Assembly: GCF_000143415.4 (NCBI RefSeq)
Contig: NW_003314267.1
Coordinates: 1,952,185-2,016,184, forward strand
Length of the DNA: 64,000 nt
Direction: 5' to 3'
Source of the DNA: Selaginella moellendorffii
Taxonomy: Eukaryota; Plantae; Lycopodiophyta
The translations under genes and the position numbers were made by a program. The notes beneath the pieces were generated by a model that was not told the origin of the DNA, searched no databases, and saw nothing but the letters and a program-made list of their open reading frames with translations. Below are positions 1-13,207 of this stretch, piece by piece. Numbering within the stretch: position 1 is the first letter of the stretch; each line of letters begins with the position of its first letter.

Positions 1-1164
1 AATGTGATCCAGGACGACAAAGTTGGCGAGCTGATCATCAAGGGGATGAAGACACGAGCTCCTCCGGCCGTGCTTCCGTTTAAGAGATTGAAGCCGACAA
101 AGAGGAAGTTCCTGGAGTTTGAGCCGAGAAGGACTCCGTTGTGGCTGGAGGTGGTTCTGGGATTTGCTCCGGCAGAGGCTCAAAGAACTCCCGACTGGGG
201 ATGCTGCAACAAGCTGGGTCCGTTTCTGGCCAACGTTTATCTAAGCGAGCTCGACGCCTGGATGGAAAAGCAGGCCGAGCTGTTCCGTCGGCCTCACGAT
301 CCGTCCATCGGTGTAAGCTTTAGCACCGACGAGCAGGAGAAGCCAAACAATGCTAGGAAAATGGAGTACGTCCGCTTTGGAGCTCACTTCCTTATCTCGG
401 TCAGAGGCACAAGAGACGACGTTTTGAGCTTCGAGGAGAAGTGTAGAGTCTTCTGCAAGCAAAAGTATCATCGCGAGCCGGAGTTTGGAGCACCTGAGGC
501 GATCTCAACGCCGACGCTGTTCCTCGGCCACCATTTTTTCCAGACCAAGAAGTTGAAAACGAAGTGGGAGCCGTCCTCAAACAAGAGAGGAACGGTTTCG
601 AAAGTGGAGAAGACCGTCTTCTGCGTGGACGGCGCTGTGGGGCACGCCGTCCAGAGCTTGAAGCGAGTAGGCATTCTCGACGACAAAGACAACACGCTTC
701 CATGCATGCGGCTCTTTCACGAGAACCAGGTTCACAACAATGCTCACGTCAACAAGATCTTGCGAGCGCTGGCCGACTTGTACCAGCACTCGACAAACCG
801 AGCGGAGATGTGCGAGCTCATCGGGTACTTGTTTCGATCGTCGCTGGCGAAGATGTATGCTGCGAAGTACAAGCTCCGGACGCAGATCCGGGTGGCCAAG
901 TCCGCGTCCTTGGATCTTTGCAAGCCACTCAAGGATCCTCAAAAGGCCGGAGGAGGAGCACAGACGGAGGCGGTGCCGGAGCCACTGGAGCTTGTTTACA
1001 GCGTTCCAGAAGCTCTTGTGGCACCCATAGCTCACGACTGGAAGCCGCTACACGAGAAAACTCTGAGAAGTGTAGCCAGGCTGCTCCGTCCGGAGGGACT
1101 CCAGGACGGACTAGTTGTGCTGGCCAAGGAACTTGGAACTTGCTGGAAGCTAGTCGATGACTAG
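1..1164 (+). CDS. Nuclear-encoded group II intron maturase (nMAT1/nMAT2-like), copy A; 5' part lies outside the window
   Basis: Open frame with LGPFLANVYLSELDAWME (RT domain 4), MEYVRFGAHFLISVRG (degenerate YADD region typical of nMAT1/2) and domain X (SSLAKMYAAKYKL). Confidence 0.85.
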   Translation, partial: NVIQDDKVGELIIKGMKTRAPPAVLPFKRLKPTKRKFLEFEPRRTPLWLEVVLGFAPAEAQRTPDWGCCNKLGPFLANVYLSELDAWMEKQAELFRRPHDPSIGVSFSTDEQEKPNNARKMEYVRFGAHFLISVRGTRDDVLSFEEKCRVFCKQKYHREPEFGAPEAISTPTLFLGHHFFQTKKLKTKWEPSSNKRGTVSKVEKTVFCVDGAVGHAVQSLKRVGILDDKDNTLPCMRLFHENQVHNNAHVNKILRALADLYQHSTNRAEMCELIGYLFRSSLAKMYAAKYKLRTQIRVAKSASLDLCKPLKDPQKAGGGAQTEAVPEPLELVYSVPEALVAPIAHDWKPLHEKTLRSVARLLRPEGLQDGLVVLAKELGTCWKLVDD

Positions 1165-1423
1165 AACTTTCGCGGGGTTGAAGATCAACAGTTCGTCAAA
1201 GTGATATTCTGCGAGGTACAAAATTCCCAATTCTATCTATGTTTGTCATCCAAGATGTGACTCTTTGAAACTTTCAGAGCGGCCAGGAGATGCCTATGAC
1301 GAAGAACGGTAGACGATGAATTGACTAAGTTTGTCTACTTGCGGAAGCTTCATGTCGCTGGTAAGTGCCTTGTTTTTTTATCCATTTTCAGCAACAAAGT
1401 TTTTCCTTTCCACAACCGCAGCT

Positions 1424-2032
1424 ATGGCTTTTGTGGAGCACTTGGTCCTCTTCAGGCTGAAGAAGGAGGTATCAAATTCTCAAGAAGAAGAATGGCTACA
1501 CTCGCTCAACAATCTCAAGAGCCTGGATGGCATTCTCTACTTCAGAGCTGCCAGGATTGCGGAGATCAGCGGTACGTTTTCATTTACTCACGCCCTCTAC
1601 GCCAGGTTCTCCGGGAAAGCAGCTCTTGCGCACTACTCGCCACATCCGGAGCATCTCAAAGTTGTGGAGATTGGGAGGCAAATATGCGACGACTTCTTCG
1701 GACTCGACTGGGAGACCAACGATGCCTCTCAAGTGGGAGACGGCCCCAAAGTCTTCATGGTTGTGAAGCTCAAAGACGGGGTTGATTCACAGGTGCTCCT
1801 TGAAGTGGCTTCCGTGTGTGCAAAGCAGGCTTCTCAGGGGAGATTTGTCAGTGCTGGTTCCGATTTTTCGAAGCGGGGCAGAGGTTTTGATTTTGGATAT
1901 CTTCTGGGAACTTGCAGCGATTGTCCTCCAGACCAACATGCTACTGCTCTTAAGCATCTGCAAGACGAGCTTGCGTTCCTCCAGGGAGCGATCGATTCTT
2001 TCTTGGAGAGCTCTTTTGTCGTCCAGTGTTGA
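1424..2032 (+). CDS. Stress-responsive A/B barrel (Dabb) domain protein, copy A
   Basis: MAFVEHLVLFRLK...FTHALYARF...HYSPHPEH is the Dabb signature, with two tandem domains. Probable 5'UTR intron 1361-1421 (GTAAGT...CGCAG). Confidence 0.85.
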   Translation: MAFVEHLVLFRLKKEVSNSQEEEWLHSLNNLKSLDGILYFRAARIAEISGTFSFTHALYARFSGKAALAHYSPHPEHLKVVEIGRQICDDFFGLDWETNDASQVGDGPKVFMVVKLKDGVDSQVLLEVASVCAKQASQGRFVSAGSDFSKRGRGFDFGYLLGTCSDCPPDQHATALKHLQDELAFLQGAIDSFLESSFVVQC

Positions 2033-2145
2033 CAAAGATTACTATTTAAATTATGGAGGAAATAGTAGCTTCTTATGGAATTTAATTAGTTTCTGGTATG
2101 CATTTTCGAAATTTAAAAAACAAAAAACTTGGATGTTTTGATTAT

Positions 2146-2175
2146 CTGGGTTATAGGTCCACCACACTTCCACTA
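2146..2175 (-). pseudogene. Fragment of initiator tRNA-Met (D-loop 3' half plus anticodon arm)
   Basis: Reverse complement GTGGAAGTGTGGTGGACCTATAACCCAG versus plant tRNA-iMet GCGGAAGCGTGGTGGGCCCATAACCCAC; differences are mostly transitions. Confidence 0.6.
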
Positions 2176-2329
2176 CTTGATTTATATATCTATGAGCCAG
2201 GTCAAATGTGGCTCTTTTTTTCACTCTGGAGTGATCTTTACTCCACTCCCTTCTTAAAAGCTAGGTGAGAGTAAGAGTGAAGTTCATTTCTGCCAAGCAA
2301 AGTTCACTTTTGTGGAGTGAAGTTATCCC

Positions 2330-2700
2330 TATTAGCAAATAAAATGCTGCCTTTCCTTAATGAACTATTAATAACATTTACCTTAAAAGGGTTTAGTTCA
2401 ACCAATTATCAATTAAAGTTGCCCTCTTCATTTTTGACATATATTAAACTTGACGATCAAGAACATTGCCTAGAAGTCCCATAACAAAGTCTAGAAACCT
2501 TGCTTTTCTATCCATAGTTTCTTGCATAACTATTGAATAATGCATTTTTACTCTAGTATACCAATTCTTTGGATCCATATTCAATGGAAGCTCAATTAGA
2601 ATATCAATGCAATCCATAACTCCAAGGTAATTTAGGAAACCTTTCAACTCTTGAAAGTTATGAATCTATAGGCCAAGTAATTTGATCCATGGAATTATTG
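2330..2700 (-). mobile_element. Decayed PIF/Harbinger DDE transposase fragment
   Basis: ORF 2444-2647 (GFLNYLGVMDCIDILIELP...WYTR...HYSIVMQETMDRKARFLDFVMGLLGNVLDRQV) follows the Harbinger pattern GFPNCxGAIDGTH...YxNRK...SxxxQxxxD...FxDxxxGxPGSxxDxxV. Boundaries approximate. Confidence 0.7.
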
Positions 2701-5151
2701 ATCAATGGAATTGTAAGTTTCTGAATTTCAATTGAAAAACAGGGAATAAGATAATTAATTGGAAAAAAATGTGTACTTTTGTTCATGGATTATTTCCTTT
2801 TATATTTGAACCTTTATAGATTATTTTTCGAACCAAACTAGACCACCAAATATAAATCTTACCATATAGTGTGTTTTTTCTAGTTAACGAACAAAATTGC
2901 TCAAAACCCTTTTGATACAAAATATAAGCTTTTAAATTTAAATTTCCCAAGAGGTAATGCGCAAACCCAAAGACATTTAACTTTAAATATCCTAACACCC
3001 TTAATTGATTAGAAAAAGGAGTCCCTTTCCCTTTATATTTAAACCCTTATAAATCTATTCTCTTTGGTTGTTTATAGGAACTTTTTCAAATATTTATATG
3101 CAGTAGATGATGCTATCCCAAAATTATTGCCAATAGTTTGTTAATGATCACCTTTTGCCAACCTCTTCAAAGAAATTACAAATTGTTTAAACACCAGAAT
3201 ATGCCTTCCTAGAATGTTATCAAGACTGGTTGGAAGTAAAGTCTTTAAATCATCCCCTAATGATCCCCGTAGAGATACAAAATACTTCTTGGAATTACAA
3301 GATTAATTTTCAAAACCTCTAACTCCATTTGGTATTACTAATAAAGAGATTTAGGCTTGATATAGAAATTTCCTATTTTCTGTCCTACTAATTCTTTTCT
3401 ATTGATCATATGAGATGTAAAGAGTGCTAAAGCAAGATTATCAAGAATAAGAATGTCAATGACATCTTGCAATAAAACATAAAAATGCCTAGACCTTTGC
3501 ATCATGTCTTTAATAAATTCTTGCTCTTTTACTAGAAAGAAAGCAACTAGAGTTACACTTACTTCCACAATTACAATGACAATTTACAATCTAACCATAA
3601 GGAACTTTCTTTTGCCAATACTTGCCATTGCACTACTTGGTGGCTTTGTTATCTTTTTAGGGCTTATTCCCTAATTAGTTATGATCTCACTTCTTATTTT
3701 GCATAGGTGGCATTGTTTTAAAAATGATGTTAAACATGTGATGTGACTTAAAAAAAAATAGAGTGAAATTATTGCATGTGAGTAGACAAGAAAAGTCATG
3801 CCCTGATGCCCCATCCATAGCCCATTTGCATCCATTCCATAGCAAATAAGATTTCAGCCTTAATGGGCTATAATGCCTCATAGATGGCCCATTTGCAGTC
3901 ATTCTATAAACAAAAAGGTTTTAATGAATCTTCTATAACTAAGAAAGTTGGATCAATTTTTTTCTGGCCAATTCAAGACCACCATTAAACTAATTTGTCT
4001 TCAATTGTATTTGGTTGTTTTTGATTTGCTTCAGTTGACTTTACTTATTCTTACTAAGTTATTTAGAGAGAAGTTTATCTTAACTATTTATTTAGAAAAA
4101 TTAACTTATAGCTTTACTAGTATTTCTTATCCTTATTTGATAGTATATGTCCTTTACCTTAACTACTACCAATTTCATGAGTACTGCATATTCTTATGAC
4201 TATTCATATGTTTCACAACTATATTAAAAAGTTAGAATTTAAGTTTTTCTAAAATAGAGGTGAATCCTTGGAAAATGGAAAAAGTTCAATTTACTTTTAT
4301 TTTTGCAAATACATACATTAATTGAATTCATATTTACTTTTTATTTTTATTTCCACTAATTTATGGCAATGAATATGTGATTGCATATAGATGCATCTTT
4401 TTTTTACACATCTATATTTATTATTAACATAAAAGTATTATGTAAGTAATCACATTTTGATTGCTATAATAAAAGATTGTATGCATTATAATATTTGGAT
4501 AGAACATGCCAAATATTATTTACTCTCTTTTAGCTGATTCAATTCAATCCACAATCCATAAAATTTAGCATGTACAAAAATGTAGCCAAATAGAGAAAGT
4601 CCTTTAACAAGTATAGAGAATGAAATAAAACTTAAATATACCTTACAACTTGAAAAAAACCATTAAAGATGAAAAAAGAACCATAATTACTCTAAAAGAG
4701 TGAGCAACTACAATAAATTTTATTCTACTCTAAATTGATGATTGATGATGAATAAACTGAAATTTTACATTCATATACATCCCATTTAAGTTCAACATGA
4801 AAAATATAAATGAAAAAGGCCTTTTAGCATTTTCACTCAACTTTAAATTACCTGTATAAACATGACACCAACACCATTATAGAGGTGAAACATCTGAATA
4901 TTGCAGAAAAAACAAATGATTTTATTTTATCTATTAAACAATTAGAAGATATAGGATATGTATATATAAAAATTGAATAGTTTAATTATTCTAGTAGACT
5001 CAATCATATCTACTTATAAATGTACACTATTACTTATCATATTGATCAACTTTTAAATGTGTATATTTTGTAGCAAATTATACTTTAAAGTGTAAAATTT
5101 AAAGAGTGTAAATTCTTATATTTAAAAAACCTAAAACAAACTGCAACTTTA

Positions 5152-5153
<2 letters not shown>

Positions 5154-5219
<66 letters not shown>
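5154..5219. repeat. (TA)n microsatellite, about 33 units
   Basis: Seen directly. Confidence 0.97.
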
Positions 5220-5223
<4 letters not shown>

Positions 5224-5996
5224 TTATATATAATTATAATTAGGTACTTAATTGGTGTTTTAAGTTGAAATATATAATAAATATAATTGTAATTTTATGG
5301 CATTCATAAAAAAAGAAACTAATTTTTACATTATATCACATTAATGTAACATTTAAAAGCTAATGTTAAATAACAGTGATTAATATGGATAGAAAGTTCA
5401 AGCACTTAGAAGTATATCTTAACTTTGAATAATGGTCATATTTTTCTATTTTCAAATATTTGTTTCAGATTTACTTTTCACTTTGAGACTCTACTAAAAC
5501 ATATAGACTTTAAAGTGTAATATACATTCAATTTTAATGATTTTTTATAAATATACTTATTATACATATATATAATATGTATAATAGATATACTTAATAT
5601 TATTACAAAAACTTTAATACAATAATACTATATGAATTGATTGCTTGATGTAATACATTATTTTTAACTCTTCATTAACAGTATTTATCACTACAAGATT
5701 ATAGGTAAAACTTATAAGAAATTTATGGTTTTATAATAACACTATATTTCAATACGAAACTTTATTTTTCATTTAAATTTTCTTTCAAAATATCCAATAA
5801 CAAATCACCATTCTATGAATGGCAAAACACTTTTTAAATGGTATGAAACATCAAAATTGAGATATGTTTAGAAGTATATAAATAATAAGATTAATGTAAT
5901 TTTAAAATTAATTAAATATATTATATTAAAATAGAAAGAATAATTATTAATATAAATTATTATATTTAAATTATTATTATTTTAACAACTTAAAAT

Positions 5997-6158
5997 TGTA
6001 AGTGTTTGGAATATGGAAAGGAAATACAGAAAATGTGCATCTCAATTAGCTTATATATAGGAGTGAGTGGTCCAAATTGAAACCAATTCAATAACTACCA
6101 AAATCCCACTACACTAATATTAATATATGGCATTATAACCATACACTTGGACCTCACA
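5997..6158 (-). repeat. 3' LTR of the gypsy element, with polypurine tract at 6159-6174
   Basis: TGTAAGTG...CCTCACA aligns with 22565-23031 once the MITE is removed. The adjacent minus strand reads AAGAGGAGGGGATGA. Confidence 0.88.
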
Positions 6159-6269
6159 TCATCCCCTCCTCTTGGAATGATGGAAGACCATCCGGGTTCT
6201 CGTGTAAATGGGCCAGGATCTAGAGGAACGTCAAGAGGAGGCATCAGTGGATCTGTAAGTGGTATTAAT

Positions 6270-8412
6270 TGTTCCTAATCTTTTTGTATGAAGCATTTCA
6301 ACTGTTGCATATGCACAATTTCTAGAGGATCGACCTGCTAGATGTCATGCCGAACCTTATAAACTTGTGATCAACTTGCCGCAACACCCGATATAGTCCT
6401 TTCAATTAAGCAAGGAGCCCCTTATATAAACCACGTACCGTAAGATGGGGAAAACGGATTAATACTAAGTCATCCATTTTATACTCCGCATGTGGTCGAT
6501 GATGGGAGTTGTAGCACCGTCATTGTCCCATTTGTATGTGGCATAAGTATTCGGCAGACTTTGCTTGGACAAATGGAAGAATGCTCATGAAATACTGATC
6601 CCACGACCTAGCATCGGTAGCATGTGGTAATCGGGAATGTAAACTCAGCTTCATTGGTAATATTGGATCATGACTATATAGAAGTTTATATAGTGAAGCA
6701 CCAACAGAACTCTGCACCCCTGTGATATATGCATACCAAAGAGATGGGAAATATCCATCCCAATTCGAATGCTTTAAGTTCACATACTTCGCGATCATTC
6801 TTTTGAATGTCCAAATGAGCCGTTCTACCAAACCATCTGACTGTGGATGATAAGCATTTGTGAAAGTGTGGCGTATCCCCAACCGAGACATCAAAACATG
6901 AAATGCCTCAACCATAAGTGCAGAACCATTATCTGAAAGAATTTGCTCCAGACAAGAATGTTGAAACATCACTCAATTGAGAAAGAAGTATCCAACAATA
7001 GTTGCAAAGGCACTTGCAAAAGCACCAACTTCCACCCAATGAGTTAAGTAGTTAAAAGCAATAATAACATATTCATTGCCAACAATCGATCGTGGAAAAA
7101 GTCCTATAAGATCAAACGCTACCAACTAAAATGGATGGGAAACTACAATTGACTCCAACCATCCTTCTGCGATATGAGGGGGAGTATTCCTATCTTAGCA
7201 CCAAACGCAACTACGCACATACTAGATAACATCAAGTCGTATCTCCAGCTAATAGAAAGACCTATGTAGCTTCTCAGTCACACGATGATGTCCTATATGC
7301 CCGCCTAGAATAGGGGAATTAAGGCATAGAGAAACCATGGAATAAAGACGGAAGGCATCACCAGTCATAAAGAATCATCAGAATCCATCCCCACAAAATA
7401 AAGAAGGCCATCTTCAAAGCGATTCTAAGAATGTAAATGCTAGAATGGCAAGTCATTAGCAAGTGATGCAGGATTCTCAAACCCATCTCAAAGCTTTCAA
7501 ATCCATAGCTCAATCTTTTGAGCCTCGTGAACTTCCTCAAGAAAAGGTAGATTTTGCTTTGCATCTTATGGATATTGAACGTCAAATACAGCAACTACCG
7601 ACGGCACAAAATCCTCGTCTAGAAAATCTACAGACGCTAGAATAATAGGTTCATAAAAAATATGAGAAGAAAGTGGAGAAGGAAGAGAAGCTCAAGAAAG
7701 AGCATTAGCATCAGCCATAGAACTCCCAGGGCGATGAACAACATCAAAATTATATATATGAAGCTTCAAAACCCACTGAGAAGTATGACCAACCAAGTTC
7801 TTTTGCTTTAATAATGAAGTAACGGCAACATGATCATCTTTAAGTAATGTCTAAGAACCATGTAGATATGCATGAAATTTCTCAAAACCCCAAACTGCTG
7901 CTAAACATTCCTTCTCTGTCATGGAGTAGTTCACCTCCGCTGGTTATAATGTATGGTTGATATACGCAATGGGATGGCACTGACCAGGAACACTCAAGCT
8001 TTCTTGCATCGACACACCTCCAAGACCAATATTTGAAGCATCCATGTGTAAAATAAAAGGTCGAGTGTAGTCAAGATATGCCAAAACTGGAAGAGTCATC
8101 AACAGCTCTTTGAGATCCACAAATGCCCACTCACAATCTAGAGACCAGATGAAAAATGATGTTGATGACTTTAGCAACGCTTGCAACAGTGTAGTGCGAT
8201 CAGAAAGATGATCCACAAAACGACCGAGATACTGCATCTTGCCTAAGAAGTGTTGCACATCATTCACACACTTTGGAGTAGAAAACTTTAGAATAGTCAC
8301 AAGTTTGTCAGGATCAACTTACAAACTTTCACGAAAAATATGGTACCTAAGATAAGTCGTATCCTTGGACCCAAACATGCACTTCAACCACTTCAGCTTT
8401 AAACCAACGTCC
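6270..8412 (-). pseudogene. Gypsy pol 3' part (RT end, RNase H, integrase) with stops and frameshifts
   Basis: ILSDNG...AYHPQSDGLVER (integrase); FILHMDASNIGLGGV...PIAY (RNase H); VQHFLG...F.WS (RT thumb/connection). Confidence 0.9.
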
Positions 8413-8416
8413 CATA

Positions 8417-8440
8417 AAGCTCTATTTCATTAAAGTGGGA
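8417..8440 (+). repeat. Left TIR
   Basis: Inverted complement of 20431-20454; followed by a second AAAATGGGA subrepeat. Confidence 0.92.
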
Positions 8441-8861
8441 TTTATTCAATAAAATGGGACTAGGTACAAATTTTCAAGTATTTGAAAATGACGTGAAATT
8501 ATATGTTTTTTGTCCAGGGGCTAGACATATCTGGGACGAATCTAATTGTGAAGGTGTAGCAAGAGGCATTGCTAGTCTGGAGAAGTCATTTAACTCATTT
8601 GACCCTTAGTGTATTTTCATGAAACTAAATAACATTCATATTATTAAGGAATTTCTTTAGTACCTTTTTTTTACGACATAGAGGCTTGCATTTCTTTCAA
8701 AGGTGATTTAGTAAAAGGCCTGAGGGCACATGCCATTCTATTTCTCAAACCGGTATTAAGATATACTAGTGCAACGGGCCACATGCCATCACGCCTCCTC
8801 TGATTCAGATTCGGATTGTTCACTTTGAAATAAAATACATTAGAAACTTAGTAAAGGAATA

Positions 8862-11800
8862 TTAATGAATCTCACCTTGAACCCGGGTTATGAATGCTCT
8901 TGCTGCATCTATTGCATGGTCTGGCAAGGTGATGGTGGCACTCTGCTTCCGCATCCAACCATGCACAACATTATCCACCGATATGCTCATGCTGGGATCC
9001 CTTGGATTCAGCACCCATATCTTTTCTAGGCAATCCTTCGTATATCCGGAACTTGGCTTGAACCACTCCACAGTTACATTGAAGGAGTTAGTTTCCGTGT
9101 CCTCCTCTGCATCAGTGATGCAACGCCCCACCCATATCATTTGTTTTTTAATACTGGGTCTGACAAGCACGACCATTCCTTTGCAGACCTGTACTGGATT
9201 GAATGCTGAATCTGGCTTCTTGTTCCTCAGCCCACAATAGTGATCCTCAACATCGTTATCTGTCACTGCATTTCCAGAGGACATTGTTCCGCTACTATCT
9301 GGTGCTCTGGGTTCTGGCCAAAAGGACTCTTCCAATTCTTCATATACAACCGGCCCATTTTGGATAGCAGATATAATCTTCTCCCAGTATTCGAGCAAAG
9401 GCTTGCACCTCTTAAAATAGGATTCTCCACCAAACACCAACCCCCTCTTCCAGAAGGCAATATGCTGTCTAATCCCGGCCACTATACTTTCCTGGTCTTT
9501 GAGTCCATCCGGGTGCATCGGCCGTGGGGAACCCTGAGGAATCATAGGTTCCCCAGTTATGGGATCTCTCTTGAAGAGTTCAATGCCGTCCACTGGCAGC
9601 CACAGTGTGTCCCATTCTCTCATCTTGTACCTTATCACTAGAGCACTGTCACGCATGTTGAAATGAAACTGAAGAGGCTTGGAGTGGCCAATCAGCGTTT
9701 CGGATCCATCCCTGATGTAGCCTCTTACAAACCCCTTAAAGTCTGGAACCTTTGTCACAAGTGCAGCTTCAACAGTGCATTTGATGCAATTTTGGAATTC
9801 ATCGTAGAGTTGTGGGAGGGTGAGGACATTGGATCGCCGGAGGGACTTTGCCAGGTGACTGAACATAGCATCGACGTCTTCATGAGTGTGCCCAACCATG
9901 AGAAAGCCAAGTGTAACCGTTTCAAATATGCCTTTGGCAACAAGCATCGCCAAGTACGCGAAGACGTACATGTTTTTGTTCTCACTACCAGCATTGTCTG
10001 TTTGGAGCAGAAGATGGGGTGGAAGGCCACATCGGCCGCAAGAACTTCCTTGAGATTCTGCTTTGTTTGGATGAGGCTGTGCATTCACCGGGTGACCAGC
10101 CTCGTCGGAATGGCATGAGGCCTCACGTGATAACCCTACAATCTGACGGCCAACATATTCACTAGGATGGCATAGGGCCCCATGCAATACTGCAAGCCTT
10201 TGCTCCTCTTCCAGCTGAACCCTGTATGGGGTTCGATCGACAAAGGCCTTATGCAAGGGTTGGCCGTTCAGCTCAGTCTGCGCACTTTGCAAAGACCTTA
10301 AGTGTTTTGCTAGGGACGCAATCATCATGTTTGCACCCCCGCCACCCCATAGAGGTACAAAGAAGTTCCCATAGTTCTGGGCACCATGCCCATGAGCGAT
10401 TATGCCAAACAGAGACACAGGCAGCTGCATGGATGAAGAGATTGCCTTGGGGGCAGGATTGAGTCGAGGTAAGCACGTCTTTTTCTGGTCCATTTTGTCG
10501 TGGATGATGCAGAGGTAAGAGTCAGGTCTCTCCATGGAGAGAATCTTGTTATAATAATATGCAGTCCTGCAGCTTCTCTGCTCGATGTTGTGGTCGAGCC
10601 GCCTTCTAACCAATGTCTCTCACTCTTGCGCTGCAAGAATTCTTCGACAAAGCCATTTTGATAGCAGTGCACTCGTCACACTTTGAAAAGTTGGAGTACT
10701 TTCCTATACTCACATCCCTGAACCTGTTGCTCCACAATCTACTAAATCTAGATTGGCTCAGCTTCCTGTAGCCATTACTCTAGAGTTCCCGATTCACATA
10801 TTTCAATATAGCCCCCTTGGTATACATGGAAGGGAGAACTCGTTGGGTGTCTCGTGTTCCATCTTCCAAGAGGCGGGTTTTATGTGGTTGCTACTCGCTA
10901 CATGTCTCGACAAACCTCTTGAAGATTGCCTCTCCATATACAACATGACCCTTGGTTTTGTGCGTACCGTTGTTCCCATGGACTGCCTGTTGAACCCTTT
11001 GTTCCTCAAACTCAATTTTGATTCTGTAGAATGTGCTTCGAGGGACTCCATAAATGATTCTCCATGCCTTCATGCAGACCAAACCCCTCTGGAAGACCAT
11101 GCCCCCCACCTGATATTCTGAAGCATCAACAGATGACCGTAATGCCTCATACACAAAATTGCGAGCTGCCTTCCAGGACAATGTCTTGTATCTTGCTCTC
11201 TCCTCTTCAATAGCATCCCAATCAGCATGTTGACAGCACCTCCTCTTGCAACAAGCAACTGTCGAGACCATTCGAACCTCCATCGCCATTTTCTGCCTTT
11301 TCGGTTCGTTGCTCAGATCCCTTTGGCTGCGCTTTAGGAAGGTGTACTTTCTTTTCCCATGAAGAGATGTTCTGTCATCAGTTGTAGTGGTGTTTGATTG
11401 TGAATTCTTCACATTCTCAAACACTAAATGCCTCAATTTCCACCGCACAATGCTTTCAATAATCAGACTGTTTTCTTCTATGTCAACAGCCTCTAAAATC
11501 GCAACTCCAATATCATCCCAGCCCAATTCTTGATTAGCAACCGCATCTCTTGGATCGACAACTGTGGCTAAGCCCTCAGCTACCACCTCCCCCTCGGGGT
11601 TGTTTAGAAACACCTTTGCCTGAATCCATGTAGCACGGTTCTTAAGATCCACGGAGGGAACATGTGTCGCACTTGCGCTGTCCCCAACATCTGCTTTCTT
11701 CTGCAGATTTTTCAAGGCAACAACAACATTTACCCCGACGACCATCTCTCCTCATTCAATAGCGACCACATTCCCATCGAAGACAGTCTCTACTGATACA

Positions 11801-11928
11801 GTAGCATTGCCTTCCCCAAGCCTTTGACAGTGTATAACAAAGTTCCGATCCATAGACACAAGGGTCCCTTTTGCAACTCTCTTCCCACCATTCAAAATGT
11901 AAACCTTTTCCCCAACCTTGAAGGCCAT
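8862..11928 (-). pseudogene. Sola-like (DUF7869-type) transposase, about 1,020 codons, disabled
   Basis: Motifs FSKCDEC, IIHDKMDQ, LQTDNAGSENKN, FLMVGHTHEDVDAMFS. ATG at 11928; premature stops at 11752-54, 10891-93, 10780-82 and 10620-22; frameshift near 10630. Superfamily inferred from motifs and 4-bp TSD. Confidence 0.8.
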
Positions 11929-13182
11929 TCTGAAAGTGCAGAAAAGAAGTTAAGACCATACAAAAAATGATTGGAAAATGGCCTAAATCATAACATACCA
12001 AATAGCATGAGGCCACATGCCATTATTCAAACATGCTATTGACACCTACGTGAAATTTCGCATTCACAAAATTGGCATGAGGCCTCATGCCATCTTGATA
12101 TACACACAGCTGCAGGCAAGTAATAACATACATGACAATACGCTAGCCATGAAATTGCAAGAGCCCAAGATGTCATGTGGCCTCATGCCATTTCTAAATG
12201 TGGTCCTAAACCATTCCATGGTGAATATACCAGGAAGCACAAGTGCCGAATATCAAGAGGAAGCGGTAGCCACACCAAAGACAGTGCCGCTCGCAACACC
12301 GCAACTGCTTGTAGCGCCGCTCGCACAAACTGCCACTCGCATAAACTGCCGCTCGCAATGGCGCTCGCAATGCCGCAACCGCTTGTAGACGCATAAACCA
12401 CAGCTCACAACACCGCTTACACAAGCAGCGCTCACTGCGCTCAGCGGAACCAAGAACACGGCGCACAAAAATGATAGACTTAGGAATGAGTTCGAGAATT
12501 CAAAAATAACACACGCTTGAACGTCACATCAAATCCTCTGACAAACCAGATCTTATGATTCCTCTGACAAATTTCAAACTAAGTAGCTTCTAGACTTTGC
12601 TGTCGGAGGTTGAACTTTGTCACATCATGTCCTTGCCTCGATCCAGCTGTGCCATGTCAGTGATTCGAACTTTGCCATGCCATGTCAGCGATCCGCGCCA
12701 AGATTATTCGCCGTGTAAAGGAATAATTATGCTGTGTGTGTATGTCCATTTATGGCAATATAAGGCCACACGCCATTCAAAGAATAATGCTAGTCGAGCA
12801 TTTTTTGGTGCATTTTTGGGTTCAAAATTGCATAAGCCCACATGCTATAAAGTTTACCTGTACCAAAAATAGAAACAACTTTATTTACTTGGGAATTTAA
12901 GTGGTTGAGGCATTTTTAAACTTACAAACACATGCCCTACACATTCCTTTGGTTGCTTAAAATTCAAAAATATTATAAACCTTTCTTTTTGCATTTTCAA
13001 TGTTTTCAATTATGGTTTTTGATTTTCGCAGGACCAGCCTAGTAATCTATTTGCATCCCGTCATGTTTATAGCTAGCTTTCATTTGTCCCCTTCGCTAGC
13101 CTGAGATACATCTGCTCGGCATCTGCCTCTTACAACATTTGCCCAGAAAGGGCATCTTTCTTCACGCAGCATTTGCCACATG

Positions 13183-13207
13183 TTTAGGGTTAGGGTTTAG
13201 GGTTTAG
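13183..13207 (+). repeat. Short interstitial plant telomere-type repeat (TTTAGGG, telo-box-like)
   Basis: TTTAGGG TTAGGG TTTAGGG TTTAG. Confidence 0.75.

Noticed and set aside
1-1164. Maturase as part of a mobile group II intron or organelle insertion
   Set aside because: YADD is replaced (FGAH), the sequence fits the nuclear nMAT1/2 type, and no intron domain V/VI was recognised downstream.
13183-13207. Telomere or healed chromosome end
   Set aside because: Only about 3.5 units inside a TIR-bounded element; similar telo-boxes occur in ordinary promoters in this window.
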